From positions 4,479 to 68,478 of the forward strand of contig JAKFXC010000062.1 of the NCBI GenBank assembly GCA_021731625.1: a stretch of DNA of 64,000 nt, written 5' to 3'. The notes below the pieces were generated by a model, which ran no database searches, was not told the DNA's origin, and saw only the letters and a program-made list of their open reading frames with translations. Made by a program: the position numbers and the translations under genes. The DNA comes from Candidatus Omnitrophota bacterium. GTDB taxonomy: Bacteria > Omnitrophota > Gorgyraeia > Zapsychrales > Fredricksoniimonadaceae. Positions 38,561 to 48,710 of the stretch are shown here, in pieces. The first letter of the stretch is position 1, and each line of letters starts with the position of its first letter.

Positions 38561-40104
38561 AGGCATCCTTTTTATCCTCACCGCTCAAAAGTTTAGCAGC
38601 CGCCATTAAATTCAATTCTATCAAGTTCAAGTTCAGCGTGCTCTACACGGTTATCCTGGGCATCATCTTGGTGGTTTTTAGTGTGGTGTTGTATGCCATC
38701 CTCGCTTTTTACCTCTATCAAAATATTGACTTCAGCTTAAAGCTCAAGGCCCGGGAAGTCATGGCCGCAATTGAAAATTATGCTTCACTCGGCGACAAAC
38801 CCCAGGTCTTGGATGCGGCGGTCAAGAAAACGCTGCTTTATCCGGTGGAGAATTTTCCGGTGGGCATGTTTGAGCAGGGCAAGCTCAAGCGCCTGGAAAC
38901 CAAGTGGGAGGAACGGGCCGATGCCATGCGTTTAAGCGACACGGTTATCGCCTTCATTTCGCTGCAGCCGACCCGCGCCATCAAAAGTCGGAATTTTCCC
39001 GCCAAAATGGTCCCTCAATTCGTCACCCTGGCACAACTGTCGATGGGCAGCAAACAGCCGATGTTTTATAACCAGCGGTTTAGCGGGAATGCGTACCGGG
39101 TGATCGCGGTTCCCTATGCTCGGGAAGGCCAGCGAGTTTCGGTCTTAACCATAGGCACGTCTTTAAAACCGATTGAACGCGTGCTGGGCAGCTTTTTGCA
39201 AGCCACCGGTTTGGGGATCCCGCTGGTCTTGATCCTGACCAGTTTTGTGGGGCTATTTTTTGTCAAACGGCTGCTGGGCCCCATCGAGGAAATCGCCCGC
39301 ACCGCCAACCGCATCACCCACGAAGACCTGGACGCGCGCATCAAAACCGAACACTTAGATAGCGAAATTGAATATCTAGTGGGTTCGTTTAATGACATGA
39401 TCGGGCGGCTGGAACGTTCCTTCACCCACATCAATGAATTCAGCTCCCAGGTGGCGCATGAACTCAAAACGCCCTTGGCCATCATTAAAGGCGAGTCGGA
39501 GCTGGCACTGGGGCAGCCCCGCGACGTGGATGAGTACCGTTCCACCATCCGCATCAATATGGAGGAGGCCAGCCGCATGCGCAAGACCATTGAAGACCTC
39601 TTGCTGCTGGCCCGGCTAGACTACCATCCGGAGGGTTTTAATTTTCAGAGTTTTGACTTTGTGGAATTTTTCCGCGAGATTTGCGAGCAGACCGAAATCC
39701 TGGCCGCCGATAAGGGCCATCAGATCAAGGCCGTGTTGCCGGACAGCAAAATCCTCATCACTGCGGACAAACTGCATTTGCGGCGGATGTTTTTTAACAT
39801 CATCGACAATGCGCTAAAGTACACTTTGCCGCCGGGGGAGATTAAGCTGCAGGTGGCCTGCAAAAGAAAAAAAATCCTGGTTTTGATCTCTGACAACGGG
39901 GTGGGCATTCCCGCCCAGGACATTTCCAAAATTTTTGACAAATTTTACCATTCCGACCGCACCGGACAAAATGAGTTCCGCAGCAATGGTTTGGGCCTCA
40001 GCATTGTGCACTCCATTTTGAAAATCCACCATGGCCAGGTGAGGGTCACCAGCCGCATCAACCAGGGGACCACCTTTCACATCATGCTTCCCGCACAGCT
40101 TTGA
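38557..40104 (+). CDS. Membrane sensor histidine kinase with HAMP domain
   Basis: 2 TM, VAHELKTPL, NIIDNALKY, DNGVGI, GLGLSIV. Confidence 0.93.
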   Translation: MKASFLSSPLKSLAAAIKFNSIKFKFSVLYTVILGIILVVFSVVLYAILAFYLYQNIDFSLKLKAREVMAAIENYASLGDKPQVLDAAVKKTLLYPVENFPVGMFEQGKLKRLETKWEERADAMRLSDTVIAFISLQPTRAIKSRNFPAKMVPQFVTLAQLSMGSKQPMFYNQRFSGNAYRVIAVPYAREGQRVSVLTIGTSLKPIERVLGSFLQATGLGIPLVLILTSFVGLFFVKRLLGPIEEIARTANRITHEDLDARIKTEHLDSEIEYLVGSFNDMIGRLERSFTHINEFSSQVAHELKTPLAIIKGESELALGQPRDVDEYRSTIRINMEEASRMRKTIEDLLLLARLDYHPEGFNFQSFDFVEFFREICEQTEILAADKGHQIKAVLPDSKILITADKLHLRRMFFNIIDNALKYTLPPGEIKLQVACKRKKILVLISDNGVGIPAQDISKIFDKFYHSDRTGQNEFRSNGLGLSIVHSILKIHHGQVRVTSRINQGTTFHIMLPAQL

Positions 40105-40127
40105 TGTATTTATATTATTAAAATAAA

Positions 40128-40171
40128 TTAATTTTAATTTCACGTTTTGTTCATACCTCCCTTGGTATCTT
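40128..40171 (+). promoter_or_regulatory. Triple 11-bp-period repeat promoter (copy 11)
   Basis: TTAAT(40128)-TTCAC(40139)-TTCAT(40150), TATCTT at 40166. Confidence 0.75.
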
Positions 40172-40223
40172 TAATACGCCAGCTGACGTGCATTTGACAT
40201 TGTCATAACTAAGGTAAAATATC

Positions 40224-40577
40224 ATGAAAAAAGTACTCATTGTGGAGGACGAACAGAGGATCACCGACATCTATTTGCGTTTACTGGTGCCGGCGGGCTA
40301 TATTGTCCGCTGCGCCAATAATGCGCAGGCTGCCACCAGCATCTTGGTCAGGGAAAACATTGACCTGGTCTTGCTGGACATTAAGATGCCGAAAATCAAC
40401 GGCCAAAAGATATTTGAAATCATCGAAGAGTATAACCCTGACATTAAAGTCATTGTCAGCAGTGTGTATCCGGTCGAGAAGCAGAAGGAGTTGCTGCCGC
40501 AGGCGGAGAATTATTTTGACAAATCCGAAGGTCCCATGAACCTTTTGGCCAAAGTCCAGCATGCTTTGGCAGGCTGA
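40224..40577 (+). CDS. Single-domain response regulator
   Basis: VLIVEDE, LLDIKMPKING, FDKS. Confidence 0.88.
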   Translation: MKKVLIVEDEQRITDIYLRLLVPAGYIVRCANNAQAATSILVRENIDLVLLDIKMPKINGQKIFEIIEEYNPDIKVIVSSVYPVEKQKELLPQAENYFDKSEGPMNLLAKVQHALAG

Positions 40578-40590
40578 AACGTCTCGTCTC

Positions 40591-43110
40591 ATGTTTAAAA
40601 AAATCATTCTTACCCAATCCTCACGTGTGTTCCCCACCGTAGATCCTCGCCGGGTGTACGATGTTTTGCGCATCCTGGCGCTGGCCTGGCTCTATTATGT
40701 GGCAGCGATGTGGAGTCTTCAGTTTGCCTTTAAAGAAACCAATGCCTCGCCGGTGTGGTTGCCGTCGGGCATTGCCTTTACTGGCCTGCTGATTTTTGGT
40801 TTCCAGCTGTGGCCGGGCATTTGGCTGGGGGCGTTCCTGGCCAATCTGCATATTTCTTTAGCCAGCCACTTTTTGACAGTCCCCGCCGCTTCGTTTGTGC
40901 TGGCCTTTCTCATCGCCTGGGGCAACACCGCCGAAGCCGTGTTGGGGGTATTTTTACTCAACACGCTGATTGGACGCCGCCTGCCCCGCTTTCGCATCCC
41001 GCACATTCTTAAATTGGCCGGCGTGATTCTGGTCGCCGCTTTAGTCAGCGCCTCGGTGGGGGTGACGGCGGTTAGTTTATTCAAAAGTTTTCCGCCGGCG
41101 GAATATCAGACGATGTGGTACGTGTGGTGGATGGGCGATGTCTTAAGTATTTTGATTTTGACCCCGCTGTTTTTGGCGGCCCGCTATGCGCCGCTGAAAA
41201 TCCAGTCGGCCAAACGTTTTGTGGAGACATTGGCCATGCTGGTGGTCATTGCTTTGGTCAACAGCGTCATTTTTGGCACCAAGCCGGGGATCAATACGCC
41301 GTTTTTTCCAACCATCTATTTGAGTTTACCGATCATGGTGTGGTCCACCTATCGCTTCGGGTATTGGGGGACCATTGCCACGTCGTTTATCACTTTGGTT
41401 TGCGGATTGCAGGGGACCACCAATGGGCTGGGTCCCTTTGTCAGCGCTGATCCGGTGTTGTCGATGCTGCTGTTGCAGTCGTTTGTCGGCATCTTGACGT
41501 TGACAGGGCTGGTTTTGGCCGTGGCGTTGAATGAACGGGAGCGGGCGGAAGAGGAAGTGCGGCGGGGGAGTCTGAGGTTTCAGGGTCTAGTGGAAAACAG
41601 CCAGGATATGATTGTGCTCATGGACGACCAGGCCAGGGTAACTTACATCAGTCCGTCGGTGACTAAAATGCTGGGCTATTCGCTGGAGGAATTTCGTGAT
41701 TACATGGCCTATGTCCATCCCGGGGACAATGCGTATGTGCAGGGTCGGCTAGGCCAAGCTCTTGCCGCCACCGGAAACATCGTGGACGGCCAATGCCGCT
41801 TCCGTCACAAGAACGGGGATTGGCGGTGGATCGAAGGCACGGGCCACAATTTATTGCATGACCCGGCCATGCGCGCGGTGGTTTTCAATTACCGCGACAT
41901 CACGCACCGCAAGGAATGGGAAGAGGACCAGCAGCGCTCGAAATTATCTTTGCAGGAAAGTGAACAGCGGTTCCGATCCATGGCCGACACCGCTCCGGTC
42001 ATGATCTGGATGTCCGGGGCGGACATGATCTGCACGTTTTTTAACCAGGAATGGCTGGATTTCCGGGGCCAAAGCATGGAAGAAGAGTTGGGACACGGCT
42101 GGATCCAGGGCCTTTTCCCCGACGACATCAAGCGCTGCTGGACCCAGTATATGAAATCCTTCAAGGCCCATGAAAAATTCACCATGGACTACCGCCTGCG
42201 CCGGGCCGACGGGAACTACCGATGGATTCTAGCCACCGGCGTGCCGCGCTTTACGGCGGACGGTCATTTTTCCGGGTTCATCGGTTCCTGCATCGACATC
42301 ACCGAGCGCAAATTGGCCGAGGAAGTCTTAAAACGGGACAAAGAAAGCCTGGAGCAGCTCGTCGATGAACGTTCCCGGCAGTTGGTCCAGACCCAGCAGG
42401 AACTCAAACACGCAAGCCGTCTGGCGGACATCGGAACTTTGGCCGCCACCGTGGCCCATGAATTGCGCAACCCGCTGGGGGTCATCCACATGGCGGCCTA
42501 TAATTTGAAACGCAAGAACCAAAATTTCGAGAATGACAAACACCTCATCAACATCGAGAAAAAAGTCTGGGAGGGCAATCGCATCATTGACAATTTGCTC
42601 AGTTATTCGCGCATCAAAATCCCTTCCTATGAGCAGGTGCCGCTCAACAGCCTCATTGAGGAATGCATCGGCGTCACCCGCAGCAAATTCCACGACCATG
42701 ACATCATCATCAAAAAGGAGTACCAGGCCCCGGCGATCAACTTCATTGAGGCAGACCCGCACCAGATGAGGGAAGTGTTTGTTAATATTTTAAACAATGC
42801 CTGCCAGGCCTTCCCAAATAAAACCGGGCAGGTAGAAATCCTGGCCCGGGCTGAAGACTCAAATCAAGTGCGGGTGGTTTTTAAAGACAATGGGGCCGGC
42901 ATTGAGCAGGAAGACTTACAAAAAGTTTTTGAGCCGTTTTTTACCCGTAAGTCCAAGGGGACCGGACTTGGCTTGACGATTTGTAATGAGCTGGTGACCC
43001 TTCACCACGGCAAAATTGAAATTGCCAGCCGCACCGGGGAAGGCACCAGCGTTAACGTGATTTTGCCGATCAGCCGGAGGCATAGTGAACAAGAGGTTGC
43101 TCATCATTGA
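40591..43110 (+). CDS. MASE1-PAS-PAS histidine kinase
   Basis: SPVWLPSGI and WWMGD (MASE1); two PAS/PAC; VAHELRNPL, PFFTRK..GTGLGL; start 40591 or 40561. Confidence 0.92.
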   Translation: MFKKIILTQSSRVFPTVDPRRVYDVLRILALAWLYYVAAMWSLQFAFKETNASPVWLPSGIAFTGLLIFGFQLWPGIWLGAFLANLHISLASHFLTVPAASFVLAFLIAWGNTAEAVLGVFLLNTLIGRRLPRFRIPHILKLAGVILVAALVSASVGVTAVSLFKSFPPAEYQTMWYVWWMGDVLSILILTPLFLAARYAPLKIQSAKRFVETLAMLVVIALVNSVIFGTKPGINTPFFPTIYLSLPIMVWSTYRFGYWGTIATSFITLVCGLQGTTNGLGPFVSADPVLSMLLLQSFVGILTLTGLVLAVALNERERAEEEVRRGSLRFQGLVENSQDMIVLMDDQARVTYISPSVTKMLGYSLEEFRDYMAYVHPGDNAYVQGRLGQALAATGNIVDGQCRFRHKNGDWRWIEGTGHNLLHDPAMRAVVFNYRDITHRKEWEEDQQRSKLSLQESEQRFRSMADTAPVMIWMSGADMICTFFNQEWLDFRGQSMEEELGHGWIQGLFPDDIKRCWTQYMKSFKAHEKFTMDYRLRRADGNYRWILATGVPRFTADGHFSGFIGSCIDITERKLAEEVLKRDKESLEQLVDERSRQLVQTQQELKHASRLADIGTLAATVAHELRNPLGVIHMAAYNLKRKNQNFENDKHLINIEKKVWEGNRIIDNLLSYSRIKIPSYEQVPLNSLIEECIGVTRSKFHDHDIIIKKEYQAPAINFIEADPHQMREVFVNILNNACQAFPNKTGQVEILARAEDSNQVRVVFKDNGAGIEQEDLQKVFEPFFTRKSKGTGLGLTICNELVTLHHGKIEIASRTGEGTSVNVILPISRRHSEQEVAHH

Positions 43111-43465
43111 CGATGACGAAGAGCTGTGTATGGAGCTTAAAGAGATTTTAGGCGACGAGGGGTACGAGGTGCACGTGGCCATGGACGGGTTTAAGGCCAC
43201 CGCTCTTATAGAACGTGACCAATATGCCGTGATCATTTTGGACCTTAAGCTGCCGAAAATGAACGGATATCAAGTATTGGAAACCGTCAAGCGCCGGGCC
43301 CCGAACCTTAAAGTCATTGTGTTGTCCGGACGCCCGATGGGAGAAACGGCCTTAAACAACACAGCCGATCCCGAGGTGGAAAAGTCGCTGCAATTCGCCG
43401 ATGCGGTCATGAATAAGCCGGTACTCATTCCGGTATTGGTGAAAGAGATTAAGAAATACGCCTAA
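43085..43465 (+). CDS. Single-domain response regulator
   Basis: LLIIDDD, ILDLKLPKMNG, NKP. Confidence 0.88.
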   Translation: MNKRLLIIDDDEELCMELKEILGDEGYEVHVAMDGFKATALIERDQYAVIILDLKLPKMNGYQVLETVKRRAPNLKVIVLSGRPMGETALNNTADPEVEKSLQFADAVMNKPVLIPVLVKEIKKYA

Positions 43466-43490
43466 CGAACGCAAAAATAAGGAGAATCCT

Positions 43491-43919
43491 ATGTTCACCA
43501 AAGATTTTGCCGTCGACCATCCCAGGATCATGATTGTAGATGACAATGTGGAGTTTTTAGAGGAATTGGAAGAAATCCTCTCTCAAAGCGGATACGACAC
43601 CCAGACGCTGCCGGACAGCACCAAAGCGTTGGAGCTGGCCAATGAAACCAATCCAGACCTTATCCTGCTGGATTTGAAGATGAGCCCCAAAAGCGGCTTT
43701 CAATTGGCGGACCAATTGCGGCATTCGGAGAAAATGAAGGATGTCCCGATTGTGGCCATGACGGGGTTTTTTACCGAGCAAGAGCATGTGCTCATGATGA
43801 AACTTTGCGGCATCCGGAATTTTATCCTTAAACCTTTTATGCCGCTTAATTTGATCGCCAAAATTGAATTCGCGCTGGGCCGGCGTCCTTCGAATGAATT
43901 TGACGAAGACACCACGTGA
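43491..43919 (+). CDS. Single-domain response regulator
   Basis: IMIVDDN, LLDLKM, AMTG, LKPF. Confidence 0.88.
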   Translation: MFTKDFAVDHPRIMIVDDNVEFLEELEEILSQSGYDTQTLPDSTKALELANETNPDLILLDLKMSPKSGFQLADQLRHSEKMKDVPIVAMTGFFTEQEHVLMMKLCGIRNFILKPFMPLNLIAKIEFALGRRPSNEFDEDTT

Positions 43920-43926
43920 AGTTTTT

Positions 43927-43970
43927 TTAATGGTATATTCATGCCCTCTTCACATGGGGTTTAGTAATCT
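43927..43970 (+). promoter_or_regulatory. Triple 11-bp-period repeat promoter (copy 12)
   Basis: TTAAT(43927)-TTCAT(43938)-TTCAC(43949), TAATCT at 43965. Confidence 0.8.
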
Positions 43971-44007
43971 ACATCCAGTAGATTCACTTAAAACTAACGG
44001 GAGGGCC

Positions 44008-44304
44008 ATGATGCGATTTTTAATGATTTGTGTTTTACTTACCATGCCTGTGCTTTCCGCAACCGGCTGTGCGCACCGGGCCAGCACCACCCGGACAGAA
44101 ACAACCACCACCACAGACCGGGCCAGCAACATCGAGCCGGCGCAAGACACCACAATCCAGACCAAGACCCAGACCACCGAAACGAACACCACCGACACAC
44201 CTCACAGCGAGGGGGGTATTTTGGGCGGGACTTTCCATGTGGTGGGGGAAATTTTGGCGTTGCCGTTTAGGGTCATTGCCGGTGTTTTTGACGCCATTTT
44301 TTAA
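44008..44304 (+). CDS. Thr-rich lipoprotein
   Basis: RBS GGAGG; lipobox ATG-C; Thr repeats; GILGGTFHVVGEILALPFRVI tail. Confidence 0.7.
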   Translation: MMRFLMICVLLTMPVLSATGCAHRASTTRTETTTTTDRASNIEPAQDTTIQTKTQTTETNTTDTPHSEGGILGGTFHVVGEILALPFRVIAGVFDAIF

Positions 44305-44321
44305 GAAGGGGGGAGAGGGCC

Positions 44322-44855
44322 ATGAATCTTATTGCTTCGAGCATGATTTTCGGATTTCTGTTGTTATTTTTGGGCCGGAAATTGTTCTGGCTTATGGTGG
44401 GCCTCGCCGGCTTCTGGGTCGGTATGCACTATTCCGCCGTTTGGTGGCCGCAAAACACCCCAGCTATGCAAATGGGCCTAGCGTTGTTCTTCGGCATCAT
44501 GGGCGCGGTCCTGGCCATGGCCTTTGAATGGGCGGCGGTCATGTTGGCCGGGTTTGGGGCCGGCGGGTATTTGAGTTTATATTTTGTCGGGCCTATCCTG
44601 GATCCGTCCTATACGATGTGGATGTTTTTGGCCGCAGGGGTGATCGGCATGGTGGTGATGTATTTTGTTTTTGATAGGGCCTTGATCCTCATTTCCGCGG
44701 TCACCGGGGCGGCGCTGATTGTAACCCATTTAAGCCTGGCGCCGATATGGCAGAGCGTCGTGTTCATTGGCCTAGCGATCGGCGGGGCTGCGGTGCAGTA
44801 CTATAGTTTAGGGGAACGGGAAACGCATTTGGCAGAGCCGCACCCCCAGACCTAA
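44322..44855 (+). CDS. DUF4203-like multi-TM membrane protein
   Basis: LLFLGRKLFWL..G..GF..G, Gly-rich TM helices. Confidence 0.7.
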   Translation: MNLIASSMIFGFLLLFLGRKLFWLMVGLAGFWVGMHYSAVWWPQNTPAMQMGLALFFGIMGAVLAMAFEWAAVMLAGFGAGGYLSLYFVGPILDPSYTMWMFLAAGVIGMVVMYFVFDRALILISAVTGAALIVTHLSLAPIWQSVVFIGLAIGGAAVQYYSLGERETHLAEPHPQT

Positions 44856-44899
44856 TATTTATTCTGGCCCAAACCCAGAATTTTTTGTACAATGGCGCT

Positions 44900-45337
44900 G
44901 TGAATGGCGCCATTGTCTTTTTTTTAACTGTGTCGATGTCCCTCTTAAGCAGCGGGCCCTTGCAGGCGGACCCCTATTCCGTCAAAAAATACAGTCCGAT
45001 TTCTTTAAAAATTGAATTGCCCAAAGACACCTATGCCGTGGGCGAGCGCATCGACGCTAAAATTGTGGTGAGCAGCACCCGCGGCGGGGGTTATCCCGCC
45101 ACATTCAATATCCGTCTCTACCATGGCAAAGACCTTTTCGATGAATACCGGACCAATTTTCCGCGGATTTTTATGGGCCGCACCGAATATGCCTTAAATG
45201 ATTTTGGCATCCCGCCGTTTAATGATTCTCCGGCGGCGGTGGGGGACTGGAACATCAGCATTTTGCAGCAAGACCTGGATGTGTCGAACGCGGCGTGGGC
45301 GACCATCCATGTGGTGATGCCGGAAAGGGAAGAGTAA
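44900..45337 (+). CDS. Secreted hypothetical protein (Ig-like fold possible)
   Basis: Signal peptide ending LQA-D; KDTYAVGERI. Confidence 0.6.
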   Translation: MNGAIVFFLTVSMSLLSSGPLQADPYSVKKYSPISLKIELPKDTYAVGERIDAKIVVSSTRGGGYPATFNIRLYHGKDLFDEYRTNFPRIFMGRTEYALNDFGIPPFNDSPAAVGDWNISILQQDLDVSNAAWATIHVVMPEREE

Positions 45338-45855
45338 TGCCAGACCTGGACCTGGAAAAAATTTATCTGCTCTTTATCCAATATGGCATGAACGTGCTCG
45401 CTGCGGTGGTCATTTTTATCATTGGCCGCTGGGCAGCGCACCTTATCTCCAACTTTTTTGGGGCTGTATTGGAACGGACCAAGGTCAACTTGACCTTAGT
45501 CTCCTTTGCCAAGCACTTGGCTTTTTACGGGATCATGACCTTTGTGATCATTGCCGCGCTGAACAAGCTGGGGGTGGAAACCACGTCGTTCATAGCGGTT
45601 TTGGGGGCAGCTTCTTTGGCGGTGGGGCTGGCTCTGCAGGGCTCCTTGTCCAATTTTGCCTCGGGCGTGCTGCTTATCGTGTTTCACCCGTTTAGAGTGG
45701 GCGACCACATCGAGGCCGGCGGGGCGAACGGCCGGGTGGTGGAGATCCAGATTTTTAATACCCTGATGGTGACCGATGACTATAAACGCATCATTGTACC
45801 CAACTCCAAAATTACCGCAGATAAAATTGTCATTTTTCCTCCTGCAGCTGCTTAA
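45337..45855 (+). CDS. mscS: MscS mechanosensitive channel, C-terminally short
   Basis: AVLGAASLAVGLALQGSLSNFASG, PFRVGDHI, IVPNS; ends right after the beta-domain. Confidence 0.8.
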   Translation: MPDLDLEKIYLLFIQYGMNVLAAVVIFIIGRWAAHLISNFFGAVLERTKVNLTLVSFAKHLAFYGIMTFVIIAALNKLGVETTSFIAVLGAASLAVGLALQGSLSNFASGVLLIVFHPFRVGDHIEAGGANGRVVEIQIFNTLMVTDDYKRIIVPNSKITADKIVIFPPAAA

Positions 45856-45859
45856 AAAT

Positions 45860-45890
45860 TACCTGCTGATACCTGCTGATACCTGCTGAT
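45860..45890. repeat. Perfect 10-bp tandem repeat x3
   Basis: (ACCTGCTGAT)3 at 45861-45890. Confidence 0.95.
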
Positions 45891-45930
45891 AAAATTTGCA
45901 TATCCGATAAAATTATGGCACACTTTCTCT

Positions 45931-48710
45931 ATGTTAGATTATCTATATAAGAAGATGGTCAGCCTGGCGCTAGTCACCGCCTTTGTCGGCTCTTTCGTGT
46001 ATTTACCCCCATCTCAGGCCCACGCGGATGTCCTTTTAGGGCTGCCTGCCCCCGGTACTATGGTCAGCTTAAGCCCCGGCTATGCCACAGCTTTAATCAA
46101 AGGTTTAACCCTTCGTAAAGACAATCCTTTTTTGTTTGATTTCGTGGTGGACACCGGGGATAGCGGCCTCTCCGCTGAGGCTTAAAAATAGAAGGGGACC
46201 GTTTAGTCAAATATTTCTTTGCCTGTTTGACCATTCCTGAAAAAGATCTCTGGGTCAACTTAAGCCCCTATGAAAAAGATCGAATAGTCCCGGAAGCCTT
46301 AGGACAAACCGCTTTGGGCCGGGATCTACTCGCCCAAGACTATTTCCTCAAACAATTAACCGCTTCGCTGATTTATCCAGAGAAAGGCCTGGGCAAAACG
46401 TTTTGGGACCGCGTCTATGCCCAAGCCCAGCAAAAATTTGGGACTTCGCAGATTCCCGTCAATACTTTCAATAAAGTCTGGATCATGGCAGATAAAGCCA
46501 ACGTTTATGAGAGCGGTCAAACCGCCTTTGTGCTCGACGGTCATTTAAAGGTGATGCTCGAAGAGGACTACCTAGCGCTGCAGAAGAATGCCAAACCGAA
46601 ACAAAATGCCGGGACCTCTCAAATTGTCCGCGAAATCCCGGCTTCCATATCAACGGCTCATGCCCAGGAAAGCCGGGATTCCCTGCTGGCTAAAAGTATT
46701 CTGCAGGAAATCATCATCCCGGAGCTTGAGCGGGAAGTGAATACGGGTAAGAATTTTGCCACTTTGCGCCAAATTTATAATTCCCTTATCCTGGCCAGCT
46801 GGTACAAGAAGAATCTCAAGGAAGCATTACTCAATGAAGTTTACACCGATAAGAGCATGGTCAAAGGGGTGGATCTTTCTGACCCTTCTATAAAAGAAAA
46901 GATTTATGAGCAATATCTGAAAGCGTATAAGCAAGGCGTATTTAACTATATTAAGGAGGAACCCCGGGGTGACGGGCAAACTCTTCCTAAGAAGTATTTC
47001 TCCGGTGGATTTGGCGTTGCCCAGAATTTTCAGGCCACGTACCATTCTAATTCTCCTGGCAGTAGACCACTCTTAAATAGAGCCATGCAAAGCCTTTCAA
47101 AGACCTTAGCGGTGGTTGCCGTTGCGTTGGTGATGAATAGTCCGTTAGCTGTTTCGGCCGCTGGCTATGATGCGAAAACAGACACCATTATTGATTTTAG
47201 CGGGCGAGCGCACAAGGCTCCGACTTTGGATGAAATGATAGAGCGAGGTATGGATCCGAGGGATCCTCGGAGTTTCCTGCCCCCAGATTATTTTCGTGAT
47301 CTTTTTGGATTTGAAGAAATGATGCTGGCAGATCCTAAAATAAAGACGGAGGTCCTGAGAAGGATAGCGGAGGCGGTCAACCCGCGTGGGGCAATGTCCG
47401 CCGAAGAACTGGCGTATTTAACCAAATTTTCCAGCGAATTGTTGAGGAGACTGGCAGGATATGATCAGCCTCCTTCGCCGTGGTATACCGCACCAGGAGT
47501 AACTATTCCCAATGATGTCCAAGTCGACGCTCAAAAGGCAAAAAGAACGGCGGGTTTCAAAACAACCCAAGAGTGGGTGGATTATTTGGAAAACGAACTG
47601 CGCTTACCGCGGTTGATGGTTGAAGAATTGAGGGAGCTCAATGAAAAAGGCAAAGATGTTTTTGCTATCATCGATGCGTTGCCCCTGAAAGGATTCTCAC
47701 CACGGGTCGCCGATTTAGCCAGAGGGTTTCTCAAGGCGAGGTTTGCCAACGATCAAAAAACCCAGCTGCAGACGATCATGGACTTGATAAGAATACGAGA
47801 GGAAGCCCTAATTCTACGATCAGATGATCTGCTTCTGCTGGCTGTTTTTAAGGCGGGGTATTTTACCATACTCGAGACGAAGCGATTAGATCAAATAGCT
47901 GGTATTGCCGCAGAGGATGTAAGCCGCTATAACAGTGTGTTTTTTGGTCATTTGCTGGCCCAAATGATGGGGGACTCAGACCAAAAAGCGGAATTAAAGC
48001 AACGCATCAGGCAAATGTATGTGACAGCGTATGCCCGCGCATGGGCAGCCAAGCGAAACACCCTAAACGGACTATTTGCGGACAACGGTATTTACACCCG
48101 ACCCATGTTTAATTCCGCAGGCATGGACAACACCGAATTGCGGCGTATGAATGACATAGCCCAAGGCATTATCACGGCGGCGACGGCCTTAAGACTAGCC
48201 AATGGCAGTCAGGATCGCCTGGAGTCTTTAATCAGAGAATGGGACAAGGCTAAAGGCAATGTCTCATTTGCTTTCTCGAGAATTTTCCATGCCGTAGTCA
48301 TGGGACGACAAGCCGGTGATGTGCAGAATATAGATTTCCCAGGAATATTGGACACATTGAATGCTCTCCCGCCCAATAGAAGACCGGACCGTGACGATCT
48401 TCGAAGATGGGCCGAGCTTGTCCAAAAAAATAGAACTAAGCAAGAGAAGGCAATGGTGGCGCCGGACGAGGCCGATCAAGCCGTAATCACGGAGACCAGC
48501 GATGCCGTATCACCCGGCGGTATCGACTTAAAAACGGCCAACCTGGCCATGACGGTCACCAAAGACGGGAACGGCGGTGTGCAGGTGCTATTTGACCCGT
48601 TACTGCTGGAGGATCTCAGAACTCAAGGTATAAAATCTGCAAACCCCATCATTGTGGATATTAAGCTCATGAGTTCGGCGCAGATTCCCGCTCTCCTTTC
48701 TACACCATGA
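45931..48710 (+). CDS. Cargo-cassette protein paralog 1 (~926 aa once a 1-nt frameshift near 46182 is repaired); unknown helical cargo
   Basis: ORFs 45931..46185 and 46227..48710 join as EALKIEGDRLVKYF, matching paralog 3 EALKQESLKLIKYF; signal peptide; conserved N-domain and GGIDL C-module. Confidence 0.8.

Noticed and set aside
12700-44200. ACC/ACG-rich repeats at ~12710-12745 and ~44085-44195
   Set aside because: They encode Thr-rich low-complexity protein segments rather than DNA repeat elements
45860-45890. CRISPR array
   Set aside because: 10-bp units with no spacers, and no cas genes
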